Below are positions 53,491 to 63,000 of a stretch of 64,000 nt of DNA, one piece after another. The translations under genes were made by a program, and so were the position numbers. The notes below the pieces were generated by a model. It worked only from the letters and a program-made list of their open reading frames with translations, had not been told where the DNA came from and searched no databases. Every line of letters starts with the position of its first letter. Positions within the stretch are counted from its first letter, which is position 1. Origin of the DNA: Thecamonas trahens ATCC 50062 (lineage: Eukaryota; Protista; Apusomonadida); assembly GCF_000142905.1 (NCBI RefSeq), contig NW_013657647.1:241828-305827 (forward strand), written 5' to 3'.

Positions 53491-54452
53491 CTACTCACTC
53501 TTGCGCGGTAACGAAGTCGCGGCCGGGGCCGACTCGGCCGTCGGTGACATCAATGTGTGGCCAGCGACGAGGATCATGCCCAGCGACGAGACAAACGAGA
53601 GCAGGCTCACCACGCCCAAGGCCCGGGTCGGTGACTCTGCCGACGACTTGATCCAGCGGTAGTGGAAGAGGACCGAGCCGACGCTATGGGCGTCGTCGTC
53701 GGCTGGCGGCGACCAGCCAGCAGCGTGGTAGTCAACGTCGGCGACCACGCCGGCGATGCGGCCGTCGACCACGTTGAACGAAAAGGTGACAAAGGCGGCG
53801 CGATGCCCACGGCCGTCCGACAGCGTCAGCCACTGTGTGGCCTGCGGCGCCGCCCCATATGTCTCACCGCCGCCAAACAGGAACGCCATCTTGTACGGCT
53901 TGCCGCCAGTGGCAGTCGGCAGCAGTGACAGCGCCGACAGCTTGACCGATCGCTCGACGCCAAACAGCGGTGTGTGGTCGTGGATGACCTCGGTCCAGTG
54001 GCTCTCGCGCTGTCCGTGTCCGTGTCCGTGTCCGTGTCCGTGTCCGTGTCCGTGTCCGTGTCCGTGTCCGTGTCCGTGTCCGTGTCCGTGTCCGTGTCCG
54101 TGTCCGTGTCCGTGTCCGTGTCCGTGTCCGTGTCCGTACCCAAATCCGTACCCATATCCGTACCCATATCCGTACCCATATCCGTACCCATATCCGTACC
54201 CATATCCGTACCCATACCATGTTCATATCCGTGTCCATCCCATGCCGATACTCGCACCCCCACAATGAGTACCCCTCCCTGCCCTCCTCCTCCCCCCTCC
54301 CCCCCAACCCCAACCCCCTCCCCGCGTACCGTGCCCACCTTGCTGCGCACCAGCATGCTCACCCGGTCGCCCTCGCGCAGACCCTCGCCCGGCGCCACAC
54401 ACACCACCGCCGCCAGCCACACCACCGCCGCCAGCCATGTCGCCACTCGCAT
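53491..54452 (-). CDS. Single-pass membrane protein resembling plant NPU-like family; exons 54452-54330 and 54009-53491
   Basis: Signal peptide, LREGDRVSM, then spliced RESHWTEVIHDHTPLFGVERSV, PYKMAF, VLFHYRW and a C-terminal TM; phase-0 GTACGC..CAG intron. Confidence 0.72.
54010..54216. repeat. Intronic (GTGTCC)n followed by (CCCATATCCGTA)n
   Basis: About 21 hexamers then about 6 dodecamers. Confidence 0.95.
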
Positions 54453-54701
54453 TCTGTGGGAGAGGGAGGTGGTACCACGCTGCGGCCTCTGCCCCACACC
54501 GCCCGCCCGCCCACCGACAACCGAGCCTGCCTTCATTCGCCGGGACAAGGCACGCCTCGTACACAGCACGGGCAGCGGCAGGCCGATCGACTCATGCGCA
54601 CGTCACGCGGGGAGATCAGCGCAGGGAGATCAGCGCACTGCAGCACGACGAGTCATGCCGCGCAACCACCGGCGCCAGGTGACCGCTCCGTAGCGCTCGG
54701 G

Positions 54702-55361
54702 CTACACATACGTGGAGAAGTACGCGCTGCGATGGAGGGCATCGGCCAGCGACGCCATCGGCGGCGAGGGAAGCCGCTTTCGTCGGCCGGGCCGCCTCTT
54801 GGCTGATGCTGACGCACGCGGGCGCTCGTTCGATTCGTCTTCGGTGCGGTCGACGTAGTCTTCAGCCCGGACCGCGCGACGGTGCGCAGACGCCGGCGGC
54901 GGCGTGCAGCTGTGGTGCAGGTGGCGGCGGCGGCTCAGCTTGAACTCGGCATGCATTGGCGGCGATGCATCGCAATCATAGTCCGAGCTGCACCTGCTCT
55001 CGGCGCCGGCTGCCAGCGCATCATACACCGATAGCCTGCGGTGGCACCGACGTGCGGCTGATCCGGTCGACGACGAGTCGAGCTCCGATGACGAGTCCGG
55101 CGTGGACGACGAGTCGGGCGTGGACGGCTCCGGTGACGACGAGTAGGTGACCGAGGTGACGCCACGCGAGACCCACGCGACCGCCAGCGCAGTGCCCTCG
55201 ACCCGCCCAACCTGCCCGACATCAGTCACATTGCGCTTCCGCCGCTGCCGCCGCTGCTGCCGCCGCCTCGCCCCGCCGCCGCAGCAGCCTTCCCCGCCAC
55301 CGCCCCTTCCCCCCGCAGCCCGCCCGCCGCCCCGCTGCCGCCGTCTGCTGCGGCCTGCCAT
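54702..55361 (-). CDS. Hypothetical Arg/Ser-rich protein
   Basis: ORF fills the space between two minus-strand genes; no recognised domain. Confidence 0.4.
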   Translation of the reverse strand: MAGRSRRRQRGGGRAAGGRGGGGEGCCGGGARRRQQRRQRRKRNVTDVGQVGRVEGTALAVAWVSRGVTSVTYSSSPEPSTPDSSSTPDSSSELDSSSTGSAARRCHRRLSVYDALAAGAESRCSSDYDCDASPPMHAEFKLSRRRHLHHSCTPPPASAHRRAVRAEDYVDRTEDESNERPRASASAKRRPGRRKRLPSPPMASLADALHRSAYFSTYV

Positions 55362-55453
55362 GTCGGCGACAGGTGCCGCCCGCCACCGCGCCAAGCGCCG
55401 GATCGAGCCATGTTTACGACGAGAGTGTGCGATGGCGATGGTGCAGGTGCCGA

Positions 55454-56805
55454 TCAGCGCAGCTCGACGCCAAGATCGGCGACGACGGCAATGCGGAGCT
55501 TGTGCTGGAGCGAGTCGACAAACTCGTTGGTGAGCGTCTCGTCGTGCGAGCGGTAGTTGATGCGGAAGCAGTGCGAGACAAGGCCGGTCTTGGGATGGGT
55601 GAACTCGTCGATGAGGGCCACGTCCTCGATGAGGTCGCCGCCGATGGTCCGCGCAAGCTCATAAAAGTCGTTGACGTGGTACGCACCGTCGCCTGCCGGG
55701 AGCCAGAACGAGACGTCGCGGTACGAGGGCGGGTATTTGGAGTACGGCTTGAACTGGACGAGCTCGCGCGAGGTGAACTGGTTGTGGAACCGCTCGTCGG
55801 TCGACCAGAACAGCCGCACGTCCGGAATGTTGAACAGGATCATGGCCAGCCGATCGAGGCCGAGGCCGTATGCCCAGCCCACAGACCGCTTGGCGGCGTC
55901 AGCGCCGAGCCCGCGGGTGAGCACGTCCGGGTGGATGATCCCGCACCCGAGCGTCTCCAGCCACGCGTCATTGTACAGCACTTCCAGCTCCCATGACGGA
56001 TGGGTGAACGGGAAGTAGTCCTCGTTCCACCGCACCTCGAGCTCGCCCGGGAAGACCGACTCGACAACCTTGAGTAGCGAGCCCTTGAGATCGGCCTCGA
56101 GCCACGCCCCGATTGCCGCCTCCGAGCCGAGATCGTGCGTCGCTGCCAGTTGCTCCTTATCAAACAGCTGCACGCCCTCGGCCTGATGGAAGACCGGGTA
56201 GTGCGAGGCATCGATCTCATCGCGCCGGTACACATCGCCAAACACCGCGTACTGCCGATGCCCGGCACGCATCAGCTCAACCTGGTGGGCAGACGTGTGT
56301 GTCCGCAGCACCGTCTCGCTGTTGATGTAGTACGTGTCCGACTTTGACCGCGACACATGATCGGCCGGAAAGCCGAGCGAGTCAAAGTTGGCCGCCGTCG
56401 ACACCACTGGCGACAGCGCATCGACCACCACCGTCTCCGCCGGCAGCGCCGCCACAATCCGCTCCTTGATCGTCGCAATCGGATGGAAGCCTGCGTTGTG
56501 CAGCTTGGCATCCACCTTGGCCAGCACGTTGTCTGCCCGCACGCCCATCCATCCGCCCCGTGTCAGTCCCACTATGCTTCCCCCCCCCCCCCCCACTCGC
56601 CCTCCCCCCGTCTCCCCTCCTCCCTCCTCCCGCCCGTACCGGGGATGTTGCACACGCTCTTGTCGACCGCAGCAAGCACCTCCTGCGCCACAGGTCCCGC
56701 CGCCCCGCTCTCCATCCTCCGCACACCCTGCCACACCGCTGCGCCTGCCCCGGCCGCGGCTCTCTGCCCGCACCCCGCCATCCGCGCCACAGCCATCCGC
56801 AGCAT
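55454..56805 (-). CDS. FARS2: Mitochondrial phenylalanyl-tRNA synthetase; exons 56805-56640 and 56532-55454
   Basis: Presequence; NFDSLGFPADHVSR..DTYY, LRTHTSAHQ, YRRDEIDASHYPVFHQ, FPFTHPS, GLGLDRLAM and C-terminal anticodon-binding domain. Confidence 0.95.
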
Positions 56806-57163
56806 GCCCGGCAGAGGGATCGCAGTCGAGTGCCGCGTCCGCCCGCCCGCCCACCCCGTCGGGCTCTCGCCCAAGCAGCCGGCCCTATACAGGCGCGCGC
56901 GCTCCCCATCCAGACCAAAGGACAGGATCAGGGGAAAGGGCGCGGTGGTACTGTATCCCCCTCTCCCCCCGCTGGGCCCATATCGATGCCGCTGTCGTGG
57001 ATGATGGCGATCCCCCTTGGCCGTACCCCCCCGAATGCCTCACTCGTCCGGCCGGCCGGCCACCCCCATCCGTCGCCAGGCCACGGGGTGCACCCCCACA
57101 CACACACCGCCAGTGCCACCGGCACCACCGCCGACGCTCCTACTCCGCCACTCCACTTGCCCC

Positions 57164-59146
57164 ATGCTCCGCCTCGCCTTCCGCCGTGCCGGCCCTCCTG
57201 TCCGGCCCTGGGCCCGCGCCCTGGCCTCTCCTGCCCGGCGAGCCCTCGCCGCCCCCCCGGCCGCCTCCGAGGGCAAGCCGGTGGCCCTCCCGCCGCACAT
57301 CCGTGTCCGGGAGCTGGCCAAGCTGCTGCGGGTGCCGGCCAAGAAGGTGGCGGTTGCTGTGGCCCGGAAGCGCGGGCGCAAGTACCACTACACCCAGCGT
57401 GTCGAGGGCCGCGAGGTGGCCGTGGTGGCGCCCTCGCTCCGGGCGGTGGTCATCGACTACGCCTCAGCTGCCGAGCTCGCTGCTGCCTTTGGCTACCATC
57501 CGATCCCGCTGGAACTCGGCCCGGTTCCGCCGGCTGCTGGCTCGGCTGGGCACCGCCCCGCATGGCTGGCCTCCGAATCGCTGGCCCGCGTTCCGGTCGT
57601 TGCCCTCATGGGTCACGTCGATCATGGCAAGACCACCCTGTGGGACGCACTGGCCGGCTCGGATGAGGCCGGCCGCGAGCCCGGAGGCATCACCCAGTCG
57701 CTGCGAACGCTACGGCTGCTGCTTCCGCGGGATGGCGAGGGCGATGTGCTTGCGCCGCTCGGCCCGCCGGAGATCGATGGGCCAGACGCCAGCTACCGCA
57801 GCGATCACTCGGTCCGCGCTGGCTCGTACCGCACCCCGAGCAAGGCTGAACGTGCTGAGCGCAAGGTGGCATGGCGGAAGCGAGTGGAAGCAGCCCGCGC
57901 TCAGGAGCAGGCGGCGCTGGCGGCGGGGAGCCACGTGCCGCTGACGGTGGTGGATACGCCCGGCCACGCGGCGTTCTTCCACATGCGTGAGCACTCAGTC
58001 CTCGCCCTTGATGCTATGGTTCTTGTTGTTGACGCCACCCAAGGCATGGGTGAGCAAACGCTGGAGGTGCTGACGGCAGCGGCGGTGGAGAAGCTCCCGG
58101 TGTTTGTCGTCGCCAACAAGATGGACATGCTGGGCTCGGGCGAGGCGGCGCGCGGCGCGATTGCCGGACTGCTTGACCAGCTGCACGCCTTTGAGCCTTT
58201 TGCTCCGCTGCCAGATGCAGACACGCCGCTGCCGCCGGCGCCAGGATCACTGGACGTGCTCAATCCCCAGCTGAGCATTGCCGGAGTGTATCCGGTGTCG
58301 GCCAAGACCGGGGGCGGTTTGCGGTCGCTAGTCGGCGACCTTGCGGCGTTTGCCGAGGGCGCGGCAGCGCCCGAGACTGCAAGCAGCGCCGATGCCGAGG
58401 TCAATGCTGTGGTTCAGGCGTCTGCAGTGGGTGTGGTGGTGGAAGCGTCGCTCGAGCGTGCGCGCGGCTCTGTGCTGCGAGTGGTTGTGGCCGAGGGCGA
58501 GATCAAGAAGGGCGACACGTTTGTTTGTGGGGTGCTCTCAGGGCGGGTGCTCAATGTGACTGACGCGACGCAAGTTCCGCTGGCTGCTGCCGGCCCGGGC
58601 GAGGGCGTGGAGGTCATGGTCTCGATCCGGTCGAGCATCCGCGGCATTGACTCGATCAACGATGCCATGCCGCTGGGTGAGGCGCTGTACGTGGTGACGC
58701 CGCAAGACGCCAAGGTTCTGCTGCACTACCGCGAGGCGAGCGCCGACTGGCAGATGAACATCGAGACCGGCGAGGTGGTGGGCAGCGGAGCCGACGAGGA
58801 GGATGCTGTCGCGAGCGTGGATGGGGCCAAAGACGAGCTTGCTGTCCCGAGCGGTCGGTCTGTTGTGGTGAAGGCGAACACTGGTGGGGCTCTGCTGACG
58901 CTGGTGGACGCGCTGCGCAACGCGGGCATTGTCGTCGTGCACTACGGGGTGGGCGACGTGACGCCCACGGATCTGGAGCACGCAGTGGTGGCCGGCGATG
59001 CGACGCCTGTGCTTTGCTTCAATGTGGGTGCCAAAGGAGATGTGGCGGCGCGGGCCAAGCAGCTCGGGGTGAGCGTCCGCGGTTTTGACGTCTTCTACAA
59101 GCTGCTGGCAAATGCAGGGGTTGACGACGCCGAGACGGCGAGTTAG
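57164..59146 (+). CDS. Mitochondrial IF2-like GTPase lacking domain IV
   Basis: Presequence MLRLAFRR; MGHVDHGKTT, EPGGITQ, DTPGHAAF, NKMD and SAKTG motifs; ends just after domain III (FDVFYKLL). Confidence 0.85.
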   Translation: MLRLAFRRAGPPVRPWARALASPARRALAAPPAASEGKPVALPPHIRVRELAKLLRVPAKKVAVAVARKRGRKYHYTQRVEGREVAVVAPSLRAVVIDYASAAELAAAFGYHPIPLELGPVPPAAGSAGHRPAWLASESLARVPVVALMGHVDHGKTTLWDALAGSDEAGREPGGITQSLRTLRLLLPRDGEGDVLAPLGPPEIDGPDASYRSDHSVRAGSYRTPSKAERAERKVAWRKRVEAARAQEQAALAAGSHVPLTVVDTPGHAAFFHMREHSVLALDAMVLVVDATQGMGEQTLEVLTAAAVEKLPVFVVANKMDMLGSGEAARGAIAGLLDQLHAFEPFAPLPDADTPLPPAPGSLDVLNPQLSIAGVYPVSAKTGGGLRSLVGDLAAFAEGAAAPETASSADAEVNAVVQASAVGVVVEASLERARGSVLRVVVAEGEIKKGDTFVCGVLSGRVLNVTDATQVPLAAAGPGEGVEVMVSIRSSIRGIDSINDAMPLGEALYVVTPQDAKVLLHYREASADWQMNIETGEVVGSGADEEDAVASVDGAKDELAVPSGRSVVVKANTGGALLTLVDALRNAGIVVVHYGVGDVTPTDLEHAVVAGDATPVLCFNVGAKGDVAARAKQLGVSVRGFDVFYKLLANAGVDDAETAS

Positions 59147-60648
59147 GCGCGGGCCAGCGGCGGCGGAGCTGCATACGCCGCACCACAGGTGCAAGGCGTG
59201 GTGGAGAAGCCAACAGCGATTGGGACGTGGTCAGAGCCGCGCTCATCGTTGGGGAGGCCAGTCTGGCTGTTGAGGGCGACGACAGTCGGAATGGCCAGGA
59301 GATGGGTCGGGCAGAGGCGCGGGCTGCCTTGTCCGTGCGACGGCGGGCGCCAAAGCAGGATGTGATCGAGGCAGAGGTTGAGGTCGCCGCAAAAGGTGGT
59401 GTAGAGCGGGAATGAGCTGGTCGGGATGCGCAGGTCGGGCGTGGCGTAGTCTGTGACGGGGCAGCGCCCGGTCGCAGCCTTGTACGCCTGGCAGTATGCG
59501 CCGTACGGGGCGACAAGGCGCGGGCAGGCAGCGAGGCTCTTAAGAAGCTCAGGCGCCTTGCGCTCACGGTGGTCGCGAACGTGGAGCGGCACGTCTGCGG
59601 TGGGATGCAGCTCCTCGGGCGGCGGGATGTCTGCGCCGGACGCCGCCATCTCATTGAGGGTAATCGACTTGATAACGTTGAGCGACGCCGCCCGCGGCGA
59701 AAAGTGGTCCGCAGGCGGCATAAAGGCGCGGCCAGGAATGGTGTCGATGAGCTGGGCCGCGTCGGGCTCGACCATTAGGCGGAAGACAGTGTTGTCGGGC
59801 GTGAGGTTAAAGTCACCAGCGAGAACAACAGTGTAGTCGGGCGGGTAGCGGGCGGCGACGGCGTCAAGGGCAGCGAGAAGGTAGTCAACTTGGACGAGCT
59901 TGATGAACGGATAGCGCGGGTTCCAGAACAAGTGACCGGTGTAGACGATAAGCTTGGCGTCCGGACGCGAGGAGTGCTCAAGGACGACGATGAGGCCGAC
60001 GTTGTGACGGGTGAGAACCTCGGCCTCAAAGGCGGCAGCCTCGGTGGCGTCGATCTGGCCCGAGGCCTCGACTTCTGCGCGCATGACCTCGGCAAGATCG
60101 TCAAACGAGATGTCGATGCGCTCAACAAGGTTCCAGCGGTCCGGGTGGAAGGCGATGGCCGAGCCGTCGGCCTTGCCCGGCTTGGGCATGTACTCGGAGA
60201 CAAGGCCAAGCTCATCATGGAGGGCGGCGGCCCAAAAGTCGTCGTAGTGGTCCATCTCCTGGAAGCAGAAGATGGTGTCTGCCGCCGGTGTCGTCTCGCT
60301 CGCGCTCAGCTCCACCAGCTCCTCCATCAGCCGCTTCCGCCGCGACTTCCACTTGAGCGCCGCCTTGGAGGCGTAATCAAAGATGTTCCTCCGCACCAGC
60401 GCCTGCGCCAGCACGTTGTACGAAGCCACGATGACGTCCGGCCGGCTGGCCGCCCCGGCCCCGGCCCCGTTCCCGTCCGCGTCCCCGTCCCCGTCCCCGT
60501 CCCCGTCCGCGTGCCCGCAGCCCGCGCCGTGGGCAGTGGCCACAGGCAGCAAGTGCGGTGACTCTATTCTGCTGGGCTCTACCAGGGGCGCTTCCTGTGG
60601 CGGTGTGGGCTGCGTGGGTGGCGGTCCCTGGCTCTGCGTGGGATCCAT
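59143..60648 (-). CDS. EEP-family CCR4/Angel/Ngl-like nuclease or phosphatase
   Basis: SYNVLAQ, CFQEMD, HLFWNP, GDFN, LDHI and GSDHVPI motifs; no LRR. Confidence 0.88.
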   Translation of the reverse strand: MDPTQSQGPPPTQPTPPQEAPLVEPSRIESPHLLPVATAHGAGCGHADGDGDGDGDADGNGAGAGAASRPDVIVASYNVLAQALVRRNIFDYASKAALKWKSRRKRLMEELVELSASETTPAADTIFCFQEMDHYDDFWAAALHDELGLVSEYMPKPGKADGSAIAFHPDRWNLVERIDISFDDLAEVMRAEVEASGQIDATEAAAFEAEVLTRHNVGLIVVLEHSSRPDAKLIVYTGHLFWNPRYPFIKLVQVDYLLAALDAVAARYPPDYTVVLAGDFNLTPDNTVFRLMVEPDAAQLIDTIPGRAFMPPADHFSPRAASLNVIKSITLNEMAASGADIPPPEELHPTADVPLHVRDHRERKAPELLKSLAACPRLVAPYGAYCQAYKAATGRCPVTDYATPDLRIPTSSFPLYTTFCGDLNLCLDHILLWRPPSHGQGSPRLCPTHLLAIPTVVALNSQTGLPNDERGSDHVPIAVGFSTTPCTCGAAYAAPPPLARA

Positions 60649-61330
60649 GGCGAGTGGTGTGTTGGCCGGCGGTGGAAGTACCCAGCCGCCGCAGGCCGCA
60701 GGCCGCAGGCCAGCAGGCCAGCAGAGCAGCCGATACCCCCCTCCCTCCCCACCCCGATCCTCTTCCTCAGCCCTCAGCCATCCACTCTACCCGGTTTCTG
60801 ATCCCCATCCCCGATTCCCTCCCTGATCACCCCTATCCCCCGTCCCCCCCTGTCGCCCATCCCCCCTGTCGCCCCCGTCCCTTCTGTCCCCCCAGCTCCT
60901 GGCCCGAGCGAAAGGGCGTATGGCGGTGGGCATGTGGACTTCCAGCTGGGAACGAAGTCGATGGTCGATGCATCCTGGAGCGGTGCGGGAGACACCCCCT
61001 TGGCCATAACCTAAGCCTGGCGATCTCGAGGCCGACACTTGGGGTCAGCTCCCTCTTTGGAAGTTGCCCACTACTAGGATGGATGTAGTGAACNNNNNNN
61101 NNNNNNNNNNNNNNNNNNNNNNNNNNNNNNNNNNNNNNNNNNNNNNNNNNNNNNNNNNNNNNNNNNNNNNNNNNNNNNNNNNNNNNNNNNNNNCCGTCCC
61201 CCGTCCCCTGCCCGTCCGTCCCCTTTCCTCGTCCGCTACCAACTGTCACCCGCCACCACACACACCACCACACACTCACCACCACACACACCACCATCCC
61301 CCCCCACCCCACACACACACATACACGCCC

Positions 61331-62979
61331 ATGACAACCGAGACCCCTGCCCGAGCCAGCCTCGTCGCACTGGTCCGTGACGGGGGCTCGGCTGAGGCCG
61401 TCTCGCACCTGGTGGCCTCGGGCGCTGGACTGGACGAGGTGGACGGCAGCGGGCGGACGGCGGTGTACTGGGCAGCCCGCCTGGGCCTGGCCGACCTGGT
61501 CGCTGCTCTGCTGGCTGCTGGCGCATCGCCTCTGCTACGCGAGCGTGGAACAAAGGCGAGCCCGCTGGCTGCCGCTGTCGCCCACAACAACATCCTCGCC
61601 GTCGACGAGCTGCTCCGCTGCGGACGCGAGGTCGGCCTCGACGCCCAGGACGCTCAGGGGAAGACACCGCTGCACATTGCCGCAGAGTGGGGCTTTACTC
61701 ACATTGTCCTCCGCCTGCTTGACGCCCACCCGGCCCTGGATCTTGCGGACAACGAAGGCCGCCTGCCTGTTCATCTCGCCGCAAACGACGACATCAAAGC
61801 CCTACTGGACGCTGCCAACGCTGCAGAGGCCGATCTTGGCCTTCCGCACGTCGGCGGGAGCGTGCTCGACTCATCGTGGCGGCCGCAGCAGCCGCCGCCT
61901 TCGCAGATGCTGGTTGACTCGCGGGTCGATCTCTCACTGGAGGACGCTCTGGTCCAGGAGGAGGTCTCCGAGGTCAATCGCCTGCTCACCCGCGAGCTGA
62001 ACGCCCGTGCCGTCGACCCATACCTCACCCCGATGGTCCTTGGCGTGGCACGTGACGTTCCAGCGGTTGCTGCTGCCAAGGCAGAGTTTGATGCCCGTGT
62101 CGACGAGCTCCGCAAGGCCTCGATCGCCCGCAAGGAGTGGCTCTCTGCCGAAATGGTGCATGCCGAGGGCGCCAGCGACCGATTGCAGCTGCTAATGGAG
62201 GCCGTCCACGCCGACCAGATGGCCGACAACGCCATGCTTTCCAAGCTCGGACACGAGATTGATGCGCTTATGCCGTCTGAGGCCTCGGGCGATGCCGCTA
62301 ACGCCCCGCTCCGCGCCTTTCGCAACGTTCACAGCTCGACCACATGGGCCCGCGCCAAGGCTGCCTCTCACGCCCGTGCTCGCCCGGCTCACCTTGGCTA
62401 CGACGTCCTCGCGCCAGCGCAAGTCATCCCGAGCACGCTCGGCGCTCCCACTACCGGTGAGTCTGACATTGTGCTCACGGCCTCGGCCCGCCTGGTCAAC
62501 GCTGCCTCTGGCGCGCTTGTCCCGGCTTTGGCTGACGGGACGCTGCTCCTTGCGCCGGACACCGGCCTGCAGCTCGACTGGGAGGTAGTGCTGGCCGGCG
62601 ATGGTGCGCTCCGGCACGTTATGGGCGGTTTTGTCTGCCGCGGACCCGTCCGCGTGCAAACGCGCTCAACACCCTCCTCGCCTCCTCGCTCAGCACAGCC
62701 GATGGCGGTCGTAAGCTCAGCTGCGCGCTCGAGTGGGGCGCTGACGTGGCGGCCATGGTTGGCTCTGGCTCGACGCCTCTGGCACTAGTGCTTGACGTTG
62801 CAGCAACTGCGACGCCCGATGCTGTCGTTCCGGTCTTTGTTCGGCTACATGTGGCGGTGGCTGCCGCACTGGCGCCGGACGATGGCGCCAACAGTAGCAG
62901 CTCGCAGAGCAAGCCGGCGACGTGCCGGGTAGTGGTGCGGACCACCGCCAGCGGCAAGGTCCATGTATACAACGGCTAG
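61331..62979 (+). CDS. Ankyrin-repeat protein with apparent frameshift near 62620-62660
   Basis: GRTAVYWAA, SPLAAAV, GKTPLHIAA and GRLPVHLA repeats; coding-like sequence continues in another frame (NALNTLLASS...KVHVYNG*) to 62979. Confidence 0.7.
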
Positions 62980-63000
62980 TTGGTGCGATGCTGGTGGCCT

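Noticed and set aside
53756-54693. CPCPCP, TDTDTD and RTRTRT ORFs
   Set aside because: Translations of an intronic hexamer repeat.
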